From an uncultured Candidatus Actinomarina sp. (lineage in GTDB: Bacteria > Actinomycetota > Acidimicrobiia > Actinomarinales > Actinomarinaceae), in contig CABXDL010000003.1 in the NCBI GenBank assembly GCA_902510995.1, forward strand, positions 22 through 64,021: a stretch of DNA of 64,000 bases, in the 5' to 3' direction. Position 1 is the first letter of the stretch. Each line of letters starts with the position of its first letter. The notes beneath the pieces were generated by a model. It was not told the DNA's origin. It did not search any database and worked only from the letters and a program-made list of their open reading frames with translations. Made by a program: the position numbers and the translations under genes. This document shows, in pieces, positions 1-8,826 of this stretch.

Positions 1-1301
1 GTCTGAGAAACGGTCGAATTCGGATCAACGACACAACTTGCTGCATCAACAGTGATTGAGTTTAGAGAAGTTGTTCCCGAAGCAGGAGATCTGTAATCAG
101 AAGCTGTATTTTCTGCATACCAACTAACTACTACAGCTGTTCCATTAGGTTGTGCTGGAATGGAAAGGGCAGTATTTTGGGCACCAGCGTTTACGCTTGT
201 TCCAGAACCATTGAGGGCTACAGATCCTCCACCATCTAATGTATAAGTAACAACAAAATTTGCGGCAATCTCTGAGTTAGTATTTGTTAAAGTTATATTT
301 ACAGGTTTATTACTACCACTACAGCTTCCTACAGCAGCAGTAAGAGCTGGATTAAAATCTACTGTTGGATCTCCTCCATGGCAAGCTGCGCCATCATTAT
401 TGGAACTTGCTTCAGAATCTCCTCTAAGAGTAATATCAAATGCTGACCCATCCCAGGTGAGCTCACCCATCTCTCCTTCATCATTATTGGATGCATATAC
501 AGTACTTCCTCCAAAACCATACATTGCACCAACGGTGTCTGAGGAACCCCAACCAGATGGTTTTGAATCTATATCGTAATCAACCATTTGTACTGTAGTC
601 CCAGGACCAGCCCAGACTCCTAAAATGACAGCATCATTTTTTAGATCAACACCCATTAAGTTGTAAGTTGTGCCACCTACCGTCAATCCATCTCTAATCC
701 ATGCATAGTCCTTAGCTTGTTTTTTGTTTGCTCCATCATTAAAAGTAGAGTTTTGACTCCAACTTCCACTAGCTGACATTGTTGTCGAGTTACTTAATTG
801 AGCATAATACGTACCACCGTCACCCATACCTTTTGAGAAAACAATATAATCATTACCACCATGTTGAATAAAAGAACCAGCATTAACATCACCACTAGAG
901 CTACTAGAGATTGCTCCTAGGTCAGTGATTGTTCCGGCTCCAGAGGCGTTGTAGTTCATCTTTATTAATCTTTTATTTCCACTTGTTGGTTGATAAATAG
1001 CATACATATTACCAACAAGGTCCATACTGAACCCATTGATTTGATCTGTACTACCTGTAAGTGGGCCGAAGTCAAATGTTTCAGCTGTATCATACTCTCC
1101 ATTAGTTACGTCCCACTGATAAACGGTTACGTCATCTCCAGAAAATTCCATATGGTAGGCATAGGGAGCACCATTTGAATCTGCGCATGCAAACTCACCA
1201 GACGCATATGCAGGTTCTTCAGGAAGAACAGAAAATAAAGAAAGAGTTAAAGAAAATAGGAGCAAATATGAAAACTTTTTCAAAAAACTTCTTTTAAACA
1301 C
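1..1301 (-). CDS. Secreted protein of unknown function (N-terminal part only; the gene runs off the left edge of the window)
   Basis: The minus-strand frame is open from the window edge, and it is absent from the ORF track because no stop lies in the window. GTG at 1299..1301 sits 6 nt downstream of GGAG. The N-terminus VFKRSFLKKFSYLLLFSLTLSLFSVLPEEPAYA|SGE looks like a Sec signal peptide. The mature part is Gly/Ser/Thr/Asn-rich with no catalytic motif I recognise. Confidence 0.6.
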   Translation of the reverse strand, partial: MFKRSFLKKFSYLLLFSLTLSLFSVLPEEPAYASGEFACADSNGAPYAYHMEFSGDDVTVYQWDVTNGEYDTAETFDFGPLTGSTDQINGFSMDLVGNMYAIYQPTSGNKRLIKMNYNASGAGTITDLGAISSSSSGDVNAGSFIQHGGNDYIVFSKGMGDGGTYYAQLSNSTTMSASGSWSQNSTFNDGANKKQAKDYAWIRDGLTVGGTTYNLMGVDLKNDAVILGVWAGPGTTVQMVDYDIDSKPSGWGSSDTVGAMYGFGGSTVYASNNDEGEMGELTWDGSAFDITLRGDSEASSNNDGAACHGGDPTVDFNPALTAAVGSCSGSNKPVNITLTNTNSEIAANFVVTYTLDGGGSVALNGSGTSVNAGAQNTALSIPAQPNGTAVVVSWYAENTASDYRSPASGTTSLNSITVDAASCVVDPNSTVSQ

Positions 1302-1312
1302 TTATTTCTCCA

Positions 1313-2641
1313 CTAAATAAACTTCTTCTTTATTGAATCAGTAATTAGATTTAGATTTAAATCTAATTCAATAAATTCCTCACTCCCTTCTATGTTAACT
1401 TCATCATAATTTTTTATCGATTCGGAGATAGTATTTGAAAATTTTTCAGGTGATGCAGTAGAAAGTGCAACAGTTATTAGGTTATTTTTATTTTCTAGAG
1501 CCATACAGACAGAAGTTGCAGTATGTGGATCGAAAATAGTATTAAAATCTGAATATAAATCACTAATTTTGTTCTTTATTTCATCGTCATTGAACGTAAA
1601 AGAAGAAAATATATGCTTCAAAGCTTTATAAGATTTCTCATCTAGCTCTGCCTTTGAATTTTCACTAAAGCTTTTATAAAAATCGGAAGCATCACCTGAT
1701 AGATCATAAATTAATCGCTCTAAGCTTGATGGTATTTGAATGTCCATGCTTGGTGCAACGCTTGGATGAGTTTCTTTTGGTTCAAGAATTCCGCTATCAA
1801 TAAATCTTTTTAAGACATCGTTAATATTTGTACTGCACAAAATATTTTGTATTGGCAGCCCATGACTTCTTCCATACCAAGCAGAATAAGCATTACCAAA
1901 ATTGCCAGATGGTATTGCAACATTAATTGGAGAAGTAAATTGTTTTGTTAACCAGACATAATAAGCAACTTGCCCCATCACTCTCAGCCAGTTAATTGAG
2001 TTGAGAGAAATGATTCTTCTATCAAAAGGATTCTCTTGTAATAGTTCTTTAGCTATTCTCTGACAATCATCGTATGAACCATTGATTGCAATATTTAAAA
2101 CATTATCTTTAATCACTCCTGTCATTTGTTTTCTTTGATATTCACTTACCTTGTTAGATGGATGAAGAACTACGATATCAATATTCTCTGAATCTTTAAC
2201 GGCTTCAATTGCAGCACTTCCTGTATCTCCACTAGTTGCCACTATTACAAGACCTCTCTCTCCTAATTCAGATAATCTTTTATCTGCAATTGCCCCTAAA
2301 GGTTGTAGGGCATAGTCCTTAAATGATTTAGTAGGCCCATGAAACAATTCCATAACTAATGTGGACTCATCTAACTCAATTAATTTAGGTTCTGGTGAGT
2401 CATCAAATCCTGGATATAGTGAAAGATCTTCTACGTATGAAGCAGAATTCTTGTCTAAAGAAATAAATATAGTCTTAACAAAATCTTCATAACTTAAGTC
2501 TTCTTGAGTTAAGTAAGTCAAGTTCTCTAGCGTTATGGAGTCTGGAAGATAGAGTCCTTTATCTGGTGCAACGCCAGATAAAATTACATCTTCAAAAGAT
2601 AAAGAGTCCTTATGACCTCTGGTAGAAAAGTAACTAACCAC
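1313..2641 (-). CDS. thrC: Threonine synthase
   Basis: 442 aa. PLP-lysine motif HGPTKSFKDYALQ and the overall ThrC layout are present. It lies immediately downstream of hom. Confidence 0.93.
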   Translation of the reverse strand: MVSYFSTRGHKDSLSFEDVILSGVAPDKGLYLPDSITLENLTYLTQEDLSYEDFVKTIFISLDKNSASYVEDLSLYPGFDDSPEPKLIELDESTLVMELFHGPTKSFKDYALQPLGAIADKRLSELGERGLVIVATSGDTGSAAIEAVKDSENIDIVVLHPSNKVSEYQRKQMTGVIKDNVLNIAINGSYDDCQRIAKELLQENPFDRRIISLNSINWLRVMGQVAYYVWLTKQFTSPINVAIPSGNFGNAYSAWYGRSHGLPIQNILCSTNINDVLKRFIDSGILEPKETHPSVAPSMDIQIPSSLERLIYDLSGDASDFYKSFSENSKAELDEKSYKALKHIFSSFTFNDDEIKNKISDLYSDFNTIFDPHTATSVCMALENKNNLITVALSTASPEKFSNTISESIKNYDEVNIEGSEEFIELDLNLNLITDSIKKKFI

Positions 2642-3901
2642 TTAAACGTAAACGCGTAATAACGAAGTTACCGTAGTAACTGCATCCAGTGAAGATATTT
2701 GATTTATTGAATTACTTAAATCTTTCTCTGGTGCTTCATGTGTTACTAGAACAAGCTCTGCTTTGTCTCCTCTTCCTTCTTGGATAACACTTTCAATACT
2801 GACGTTGTTCTCTCCAAAAGTTCCTGCAATTTTTGCTAATACTCCTGGTTCATCATTGACTGAGAGTCTTATGAACATGCTTGATTCAACATCTTCAAAG
2901 CTTTTATTTTCCCCTTTGTACTCTCTTAGTGGGTACCAATTTGATTGATCACTATTTAATTGATGACATGCACTTAAAACATCCCCCATGATTGCACTCG
3001 CAGTTGGATTTGCACCAGCACCTGGTCCAGAAAATACTAACTGATCAATATTTTCTCCCTCAGCTACAACTGCATTCAGTGCTCCACGAATTGCAGCGAG
3101 TGGATGTTTTTTATCAATCAGTACAGGATGTACTCTTGCATTAAATCCATTTTCATTACTATCTATTTGTGCAACAAGTTTTATTGTTTTATCGAGTCTA
3201 GATGCCCAGTCAAAATCTTCTTTTGTAATATTAGAAATACCTTCTGTAAATACTGCGTCACTCTCAGGAGAGACGCCAAAACATAGGAGTGAAAGAATCA
3301 TTGCTTTATATTTTGCGTCTACTCCTTCAACATCATTTGTTGGATCTGGTTCAGCATATCCAAGTTCTTGTGCTGTGGAGAGAGCATCTTCATATGTGCT
3401 TCCTTCTTCCATCGAGGTAAGAATATAATTACTTGTTCCATTTATTATTCCAAGTACCTTTGTTAGTTCTTCTCCTCTTAAACTTTCAATGAGTGGTTTT
3501 AATACAGGAATCCCTGCAGCAACTGCAGCTTCAAAATAAAGGCATGTATTGTTTTCTTCAGCAAGGGTAATAAGTTCTTGACCACAATCTGCAATGATAT
3601 CTTTATTAGCAGTGATAACAGCTTTGCCTTTTTGTAGTAATGATTTAATATATTCTTTTCCTGGATCTACTCCTCCAAGAACTTCAATAACTAAATCAAT
3701 TGAATCATCATTTAATATGTCATCAAAATTATCAGTCAAGAGATCTTTACTCACACCTCTGTCTTTGGATGTATCGTTTACTAAAACTCTTTTTAATTCA
3801 AGGTTTAAAACGTTATGATCTAGCTCTTTAAGTCGAGTTAATACTGAAGAACCAATATTTCCTGCACCCAAAACAGCAATTGAAAAAGTCTTATTTTGCA
3901 T
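2642..3901 (-). CDS. hom: Homoserine dehydrogenase with C-terminal ACT-like domain
   Basis: 419 aa. Rossmann motif VLGAGNIGSSV and a C-terminal ACT-like segment FIRLSVNDEPGVLAKIAG are present. Its stop abuts the thrC start. Confidence 0.93.
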   Translation of the reverse strand: MQNKTFSIAVLGAGNIGSSVLTRLKELDHNVLNLELKRVLVNDTSKDRGVSKDLLTDNFDDILNDDSIDLVIEVLGGVDPGKEYIKSLLQKGKAVITANKDIIADCGQELITLAEENNTCLYFEAAVAAGIPVLKPLIESLRGEELTKVLGIINGTSNYILTSMEEGSTYEDALSTAQELGYAEPDPTNDVEGVDAKYKAMILSLLCFGVSPESDAVFTEGISNITKEDFDWASRLDKTIKLVAQIDSNENGFNARVHPVLIDKKHPLAAIRGALNAVVAEGENIDQLVFSGPGAGANPTASAIMGDVLSACHQLNSDQSNWYPLREYKGENKSFEDVESSMFIRLSVNDEPGVLAKIAGTFGENNVSIESVIQEGRGDKAELVLVTHEAPEKDLSNSINQISSLDAVTTVTSLLRVYV

Positions 3902-3948
3902 ATTTAGTAAGGATAAATGTTATTTAGATTGAAACAACAAGAAATTTA

Positions 3949-6570
3949 TTACTCGTCTTCATCAGCTCTACCGTCGTTATTATCGTCAGTACTAGAATTC
4001 GGATCTAATGGAAGTGCGTCAGCTGTATCAACTACACCGTCATTGTCATCATCCGTATCTGTTTTGTTGTCTGTCCCGTCACCATCTGTATCCATAGCAG
4101 TGAGCTTCCACCTTCTAAATTCTTCATCTTGAAACATCACTAGCCCGACATCGGGAGCAACCCAGAAAATAAGAGTTTGATACCAAAAACCATTATTGAT
4201 GTAGTTATTGCCGGAATCAATAGCAAACCTTGCATGAGAGGTAATAATTTTAAATGCATCAAAAGCACCATATGGTGTAACTACTAGTTCTTTTCCTACA
4301 ACATTTGAAAAGTTCCAAGCTTGATAGTCTGTTTTTGTACCAAAAGTATCTTCACGATTTGAGATACAATCAGTTTCAAGATATTCACCAGCTCTCATAT
4401 ATTTATTTAACTGAAGACATGGTGTTGGGTACGAGATATGGCTCGCTTCAGGATTGGTTCTAAATGCGGAAATTGGTTTAGCTCTTTTTACATATAATTT
4501 TCCTTGGTTGAAGTAAAATTGATAACCAACTTCAGCGTTGTATCCAGTTTTCTCCGCCCAGGCAAATGGATTTTCATAGATAATGTCACAATTCTGTACA
4601 CTACACCATGACAAATTTGAATAAGTAACTGAGCTCTCTGTTTGGTTAGATGCGACAGTAGAATACATTGTGAGAGTATCATTAGAAGAATATTTCGTTA
4701 AACCTTCTGTATAGCTATATGATGCACTTGCACCATTAAATTGTGGAAATAATGATAAAGTGCTTACATACTCAGAACCAACACTTACACCATAATTAGT
4801 TGATGGAAATGATCTCTCATAGTCTGGAAGATATAGATTCATGTACCTGGCAGCATCTGCTTCGTTTTCTTTACCCGCGGTAATTGATCCCCATGTACCA
4901 TCAATTACTTTATCTAAAACAATATTAGAAGCATCATATGTGCCAGCTGTTACAGCAGCATCTCTTTCAGCCTGAGTCGGACATTTTATATCTGGGTTGG
5001 AATACATCATGCAAAATAGTCCGTCATAAGACATACCGGTCCCAATATTATTTGTTGCGTCATAATACCCATAAGCATATGTACCATTTTCGTAAGTAGC
5101 AGCAGCATTTGCTTGGTTAACTGCATGTTGAATTCCAAGCGAATGCCCAAGTTCGTGAGCAAAACAACCAAAACCTTTTATTATTCCCCTAGATATAAAA
5201 TTACGCCTTACAACTCTGTCTTCAATAGGCCCCAGGCCTGATGAGCATTGGTTACCATTAGCAGAAGTCCATGTATTAACGAGATGGCTATGATGTATAC
5301 CATTTCTTATTGCATATTTATTAACTTGCTCATTTGCCATAAATACATTTAAAGGATCTATAGAATCAAGTGCAATTGCATTAGCTTGTGCTGATGTAAG
5401 AGACGTCCACTCTTGTGGTGTAACCATCTCTGCCCTTAGATTAATTACACTATTGCTAAACCATTTATTTTGCCAAATCTCTGTAGTTTCCCATTGAGTT
5501 GCTAAATCTGAAGTAGTACAAATACCGCATACTAAATTACCATCTACAATTATTCTATCTGTTGCGTTTGCTAGAGTGTCACCGTCGTACCAGGTTACAA
5601 CTTTTATGGTTGCGTATTCAGTTGTGTCTGTAACACTGACAGAAAGGGTTCCGGTTGTGGAGTCATTGCTATCTGTAACAGTAACTGTGGCACTATAACT
5701 TGTTTTTTGTTCGTAATTGGCATTTGAATTTAGAGTGACTACTCCGCTTGAGTTAATGCTCATAAGGTGTGCATCTGTACCAGATAGTGCGTATGACAAA
5801 GTGCCAGAACCAGTTGCTGCGACTGTTACAACAGATTTTTGATTCTCTGCAATAGAAATTGTACTCCCTAGATTACTAATACTAAGACCTCCAGAAGGCT
5901 CGCCACCTCCTCCTGAAACACCTGGTGTAACTCCAGGTGTTGGTTTTGCAATGAAATCATATCCTGCGTTCTTTAAAGTAGTAAACTCATCACAGTTTGT
6001 ATAGATCAGAGAGTCTCCTTCTGCTCTCCATAATGTTCCACTTTCACCATGCCAAAGTTTTCCCCCATCTTCGCAGTCTTTCTTATTTGTAATCTCTTCA
6101 GATACAGGAGTAGTAACTGGAACTGTAGTAGTGGTTGTAGTAGGTATTTCTAATGTAAAACTAGCATATGGACTAGTGCAAGCTCTATAAGCTAAATAAG
6201 CTCCATTAAAACAACTAATAAAATTAGTATCCGATTTTTTTGTACAGGAATCATATTTTTGCATTGTCTTGTATGTTGTTGGACCAATTATCCCGTCAAT
6301 TCTTATTCCCATAGCTTTTTGGAATTCTCTTATACTATTTTCAAGTTTTGAATCGAAGTTATCATTTATAGGACCATCAAAATACCCTTCATCATAAAGA
6401 AATATTTTGATATTTTTTACAACTAAGAAATCTATTTTTTCATAATTAGCTACAGAACAATTAACAAAGTCTTGATCATAATGCATTAGATCGGTACGAG
6501 TATCTATATTATTGCTATCAAAACTAAACAAAAATAAAAATAAAAATACGTATAAAAAATTCTTTCTAAT
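3949..6570 (-). CDS. Exported multidomain metzincin-type zinc metalloprotease (PG-binding module, Thr linker, cadherin-like repeat, HExxHxxGxxH domain, Asp-rich Ca-binding-type C-terminus)
   Basis: The ORF track starts at TTG 6531, but the frame stays open up to ATT 6568..6570, which adds the signal-like IRKNFLYVFLFLFLF. Recognisable parts are a PG_binding_1-like REFQKAMGIRIDGIIGPTTYKTM, a TTTTT linker, a cadherin-like SATVTVTDSNDSTTGTLSVSVTD, the zinc site HELGHSLGIQH, and the C-terminal DTDGDGTDNKTDTDDDNDGVVD repeats. Confidence 0.8.
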   Translation of the reverse strand: MRKNFLYVFLFLFLFSFDSNNIDTRTDLMHYDQDFVNCSVANYEKIDFLVVKNIKIFLYDEGYFDGPINDNFDSKLENSIREFQKAMGIRIDGIIGPTTYKTMQKYDSCTKKSDTNFISCFNGAYLAYRACTSPYASFTLEIPTTTTTTVPVTTPVSEEITNKKDCEDGGKLWHGESGTLWRAEGDSLIYTNCDEFTTLKNAGYDFIAKPTPGVTPGVSGGGGEPSGGLSISNLGSTISIAENQKSVVTVAATGSGTLSYALSGTDAHLMSINSSGVVTLNSNANYEQKTSYSATVTVTDSNDSTTGTLSVSVTDTTEYATIKVVTWYDGDTLANATDRIIVDGNLVCGICTTSDLATQWETTEIWQNKWFSNSVINLRAEMVTPQEWTSLTSAQANAIALDSIDPLNVFMANEQVNKYAIRNGIHHSHLVNTWTSANGNQCSSGLGPIEDRVVRRNFISRGIIKGFGCFAHELGHSLGIQHAVNQANAAATYENGTYAYGYYDATNNIGTGMSYDGLFCMMYSNPDIKCPTQAERDAAVTAGTYDASNIVLDKVIDGTWGSITAGKENEADAARYMNLYLPDYERSFPSTNYGVSVGSEYVSTLSLFPQFNGASASYSYTEGLTKYSSNDTLTMYSTVASNQTESSVTYSNLSWCSVQNCDIIYENPFAWAEKTGYNAEVGYQFYFNQGKLYVKRAKPISAFRTNPEASHISYPTPCLQLNKYMRAGEYLETDCISNREDTFGTKTDYQAWNFSNVVGKELVVTPYGAFDAFKIITSHARFAIDSGNNYINNGFWYQTLIFWVAPDVGLVMFQDEEFRRWKLTAMDTDGDGTDNKTDTDDDNDGVVDTADALPLDPNSSTDDNNDGRADEDE

Positions 6571-6643
6571 TAACTCTCACCCAACCAACAAGGTCATCTT
6601 AACTGAAAATTCAAACTTATATCTTTTAATTAAAATCTAATTT

Positions 6644-7399
6644 TTAAGTATTCTTTTCTTTATTGTAAAAATCACAGTAAGCCATCATCTCACTAATCCA
6701 CCCACGATTTTCAATAGATAAATAATCTAAATCAATATAGTGTGTCCATTTTCCACCATAAAAATATACAAAAATGTCAGCTAAATTTTCTTCACCACCA
6801 AATTTTTTATGAGCTAAACTTCTATAACTTTCACCACCTGGTTGTTTACAATCTTGAAGCTCCATAAAAGAATAAGCATGGGCTGCTTCATGAAGTAAGA
6901 TGTCTTTCAAATGTCCCGACTCTATCCCTCTATCTGAAATCCATATTGACCGTGCCCATTCATTCCCAGGATTACCTTTTTCATCGTAACCACCCGGATC
7001 AAAAACTCCATAAACACACCTTCCAAAAATTGCTTTTCCATAAGGATGGCATCCATTTAATATAATTATTTCTTCTTTTAAAATCGTTCTAAAAGGATCA
7101 GGTAATTGATTAACTGCTAATTGAATTAATAGATCTTCTTTTGAGTCTCCCTCGTAACCTGGGAATAAATCAATATATTTTGAATTAAATATCTCAGTCC
7201 TCTCTGATGGGTCATGCATAGTAATTAGGTTGTTTCTGGGAATTGTTGTTCTAGTTGTTGTAGTTGTTGTAGTTGTTGTAGTCGCTTTAGCTATTGTGCT
7301 TGTAGTAGTACTTTCGTTAATAACTTCATCAATTGAAGTCTCTGTATTTTCTGTACAAGCAAGAAATATAAATAAGAAAATTAAGAATCTTTTAATCAT
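6644..7399 (-). CDS. Putative lipoprotein with Thr linker and HExxH zinc-peptidase motif
   Basis: 251 aa. MIKRFLIFLFIFLAC is a lipobox-like signal. A TTTTTTTTTRTT linker follows, and LLHEAAHAYSF supplies the HExxH. The gene starts 3 nt after the upstream gene's stop. Confidence 0.75.
   Translation of the reverse strand: MIKRFLIFLFIFLACTENTETSIDEVINESTTTSTIAKATTTTTTTTTTRTTIPRNNLITMHDPSERTEIFNSKYIDLFPGYEGDSKEDLLIQLAVNQLPDPFRTILKEEIIILNGCHPYGKAIFGRCVYGVFDPGGYDEKGNPGNEWARSIWISDRGIESGHLKDILLHEAAHAYSFMELQDCKQPGGESYRSLAHKKFGGEENLADIFVYFYGGKWTHYIDLDYLSIENRGWISEMMAYCDFYNKEKNT
7243..7283 (-). repeat. Coding Thr-codon tandem repeat (about 9-nt unit agttgttgt x4) in the lipoprotein linker
   Basis: Direct reading gives ...ctagttgttgtagttgttgtagttgttgtagtcgc, which encodes the TTTTTTTTT tract. 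Confidence 0.8.
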
Positions 7400-7402
7400 G
7401 AA

Positions 7403-8806
7403 CTAATAATTATTAATAATTTTTATATTATCCATTAAATGGCCAAGTGAATTTTGCATTGCTGAATTAATATCTTTAAATCTTACTCTCAATGTTGTGA
7501 CACCATCAGGTACTGTATATGTTCCAGAATATTCTGTCCATGTATACTGTGTAGAATATTGTCCAATTTCAACTTCTGAACCAGGTGCTCCCAAATAAAA
7601 TCCAACAGTGTCTGTACCGCTTCTTCCTCTGTGCCAGAAACTCCAGCTTATTTCATCACCTGGAGAAACACTCACGTCTTGATATATTGAAGATAATCCA
7701 TTTGAGTTTAATTCAAGATGGTGAGTGCCCTCTACAGATGCAACACCATTATGTCCTGATTCCCAAATTTCAATTGGTCTATCACCCGATTCATCTAAAT
7801 TCTGATTAGTCCATCCAGGGAAAGAACTATTAGTAAAAAATACAGCTGCATTACTTGCTACTGGATCGCCGTCGTAGTTTTCAAATGACCCATTTACAAT
7901 TAAATCCGTCGGTGGAAGTGTAGTAGTTGTAGTAGTTGTAGTTGTTGGAGAAGTTGTTGTAACAGTCATAATTGGATTATCAGTGCTGAGGTTGCCATTA
8001 TCATCGTATGCAACAATCTCTAAGGTATAAGATGTTCCAGAAGTTAAAGCATCTAAAAAGATAGAGTTATTATCGTTTTCTCTTATATATTCACCTTTTA
8101 GCACTCCATCTAGATAAAAGTAATAACCAGCAACATTGATATTATCTTCTGCTGGTTCCCATAAAACTTCAAAATATGTTTCAGTAGGATTAACTATCCG
8201 TAGCGTTTTATCTGGCCAAGTGGGTGACTCATCATCTACATAAACAGTTGTAGTTGTAGAAGTCGTTGTTGTAGATGTAGTCGTTGGTGCAACAGTTGTA
8301 GTTGTAGTAGAAGTTGTAGAAGTTGTAGAAGTTGTAGTTGTAGAAGTTGTAGTTGTAGTTGTAGAAGTTGTAGTTGTAGATGTAGTCGGGGCTTCGTCAG
8401 TAAAACTAATATCTTCAAGAGGTTCGAGGTCTGTAACTCCAGTATCGTTATCTTCTATAACAATCTCATTAGCAATTGGGTCAACAATATTTTCTTCTGG
8501 TTGGTTTGAATTAAAATCACTAAATGCAAATAGAGAGAAGATTGTTAAACCTGAAATGAGGCCATAAAGATATCCTCTTCTTGAAAACAGTGCAAGAAAT
8601 GCTGAAAGAAAACCTAATAAATAATTCCACAACAAAATAAAAAATAAGAACCTTCTTTTTTCAGTAAAATATTTTGTTAGTTCAATTACCTGGTCATGGG
8701 TTAATTTTTGTTCTGAAGAATTAACATCTAGTTTTAATTTATTGGCAGCTTTTAGAACCTCATCAACTGATCTTTTTAATCTGTCTGCAAGAATGTATAA
8801 CTTCAT
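7403..8806 (-). CDS. Single-pass membrane protein: cytoplasmic helical N-module, Thr/Ser linkers, fibronectin-III-like domain, C-terminal beta-sandwich (DUF642 / carbohydrate-binding-like) domain
   Basis: 467 aa. The N-terminus LADRLKRSVDEVLKAANKLKLDV resembles IF2_N/Rho_N-type modules. A TM segment FLFFILLWNYLLGFLSAFLALF follows. A long (T/S)n linker leads to an FN3-like segment (FEVLWEPAEDNINVAGYYFYLDG...YTLEIVAYDDNGN). The C-terminal domain begins NGSFENYDG...PGW. Confidence 0.75.
   Translation of the reverse strand: MKLYILADRLKRSVDEVLKAANKLKLDVNSSEQKLTHDQVIELTKYFTEKRRFLFFILLWNYLLGFLSAFLALFSRRGYLYGLISGLTIFSLFAFSDFNSNQPEENIVDPIANEIVIEDNDTGVTDLEPLEDISFTDEAPTTSTTTTSTTTTTTSTTTTSTTSTTSTTTTTVAPTTTSTTTTSTTTTVYVDDESPTWPDKTLRIVNPTETYFEVLWEPAEDNINVAGYYFYLDGVLKGEYIRENDNNSIFLDALTSGTSYTLEIVAYDDNGNLSTDNPIMTVTTTSPTTTTTTTTTLPPTDLIVNGSFENYDGDPVASNAAVFFTNSSFPGWTNQNLDESGDRPIEIWESGHNGVASVEGTHHLELNSNGLSSIYQDVSVSPGDEISWSFWHRGRSGTDTVGFYLGAPGSEVEIGQYSTQYTWTEYSGTYTVPDGVTTLRVRFKDINSAMQNSLGHLMDNIKIINNY
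7917..7966 (-). repeat. Coding Thr-codon low-complexity tract (second linker of the 467-aa protein)
   Basis: The sequence gtagtagttgtagtagttgtagttgttggagaagttgttgt encodes TTSPTTTTTTTTT. Confidence 0.75.
8244..8390 (-). repeat. About 150-nt coding Thr/Ser-codon tandem-repeat tract (gtagttgta / gaagttgta units)
   Basis: Repeated gttgtagaagttgtagttgtagttgtagaagttgtag units encode TTSTTTTSTTTTTTSTTTTSTTSTTSTTTTT. The track ORF 8236..8418 (poly-LQ) is its out-of-frame shadow. Confidence 0.85.
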
Positions 8807-8826
8807 TTAAGAGTTATTTTAGTTGA

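Noticed and set aside
8236-8418. Track ORF encoding a poly-Leu/Gln protein, and the thought that the 150-nt tandem repeat might be a non-coding minisatellite or a degenerate CRISPR-like array.
   Set aside because: The repeat is the out-of-frame shadow of the Thr/Ser linker of the 467-aa protein, which reads through it in frame. The units are 9 nt with no spacers, so nothing about it is CRISPR-like.
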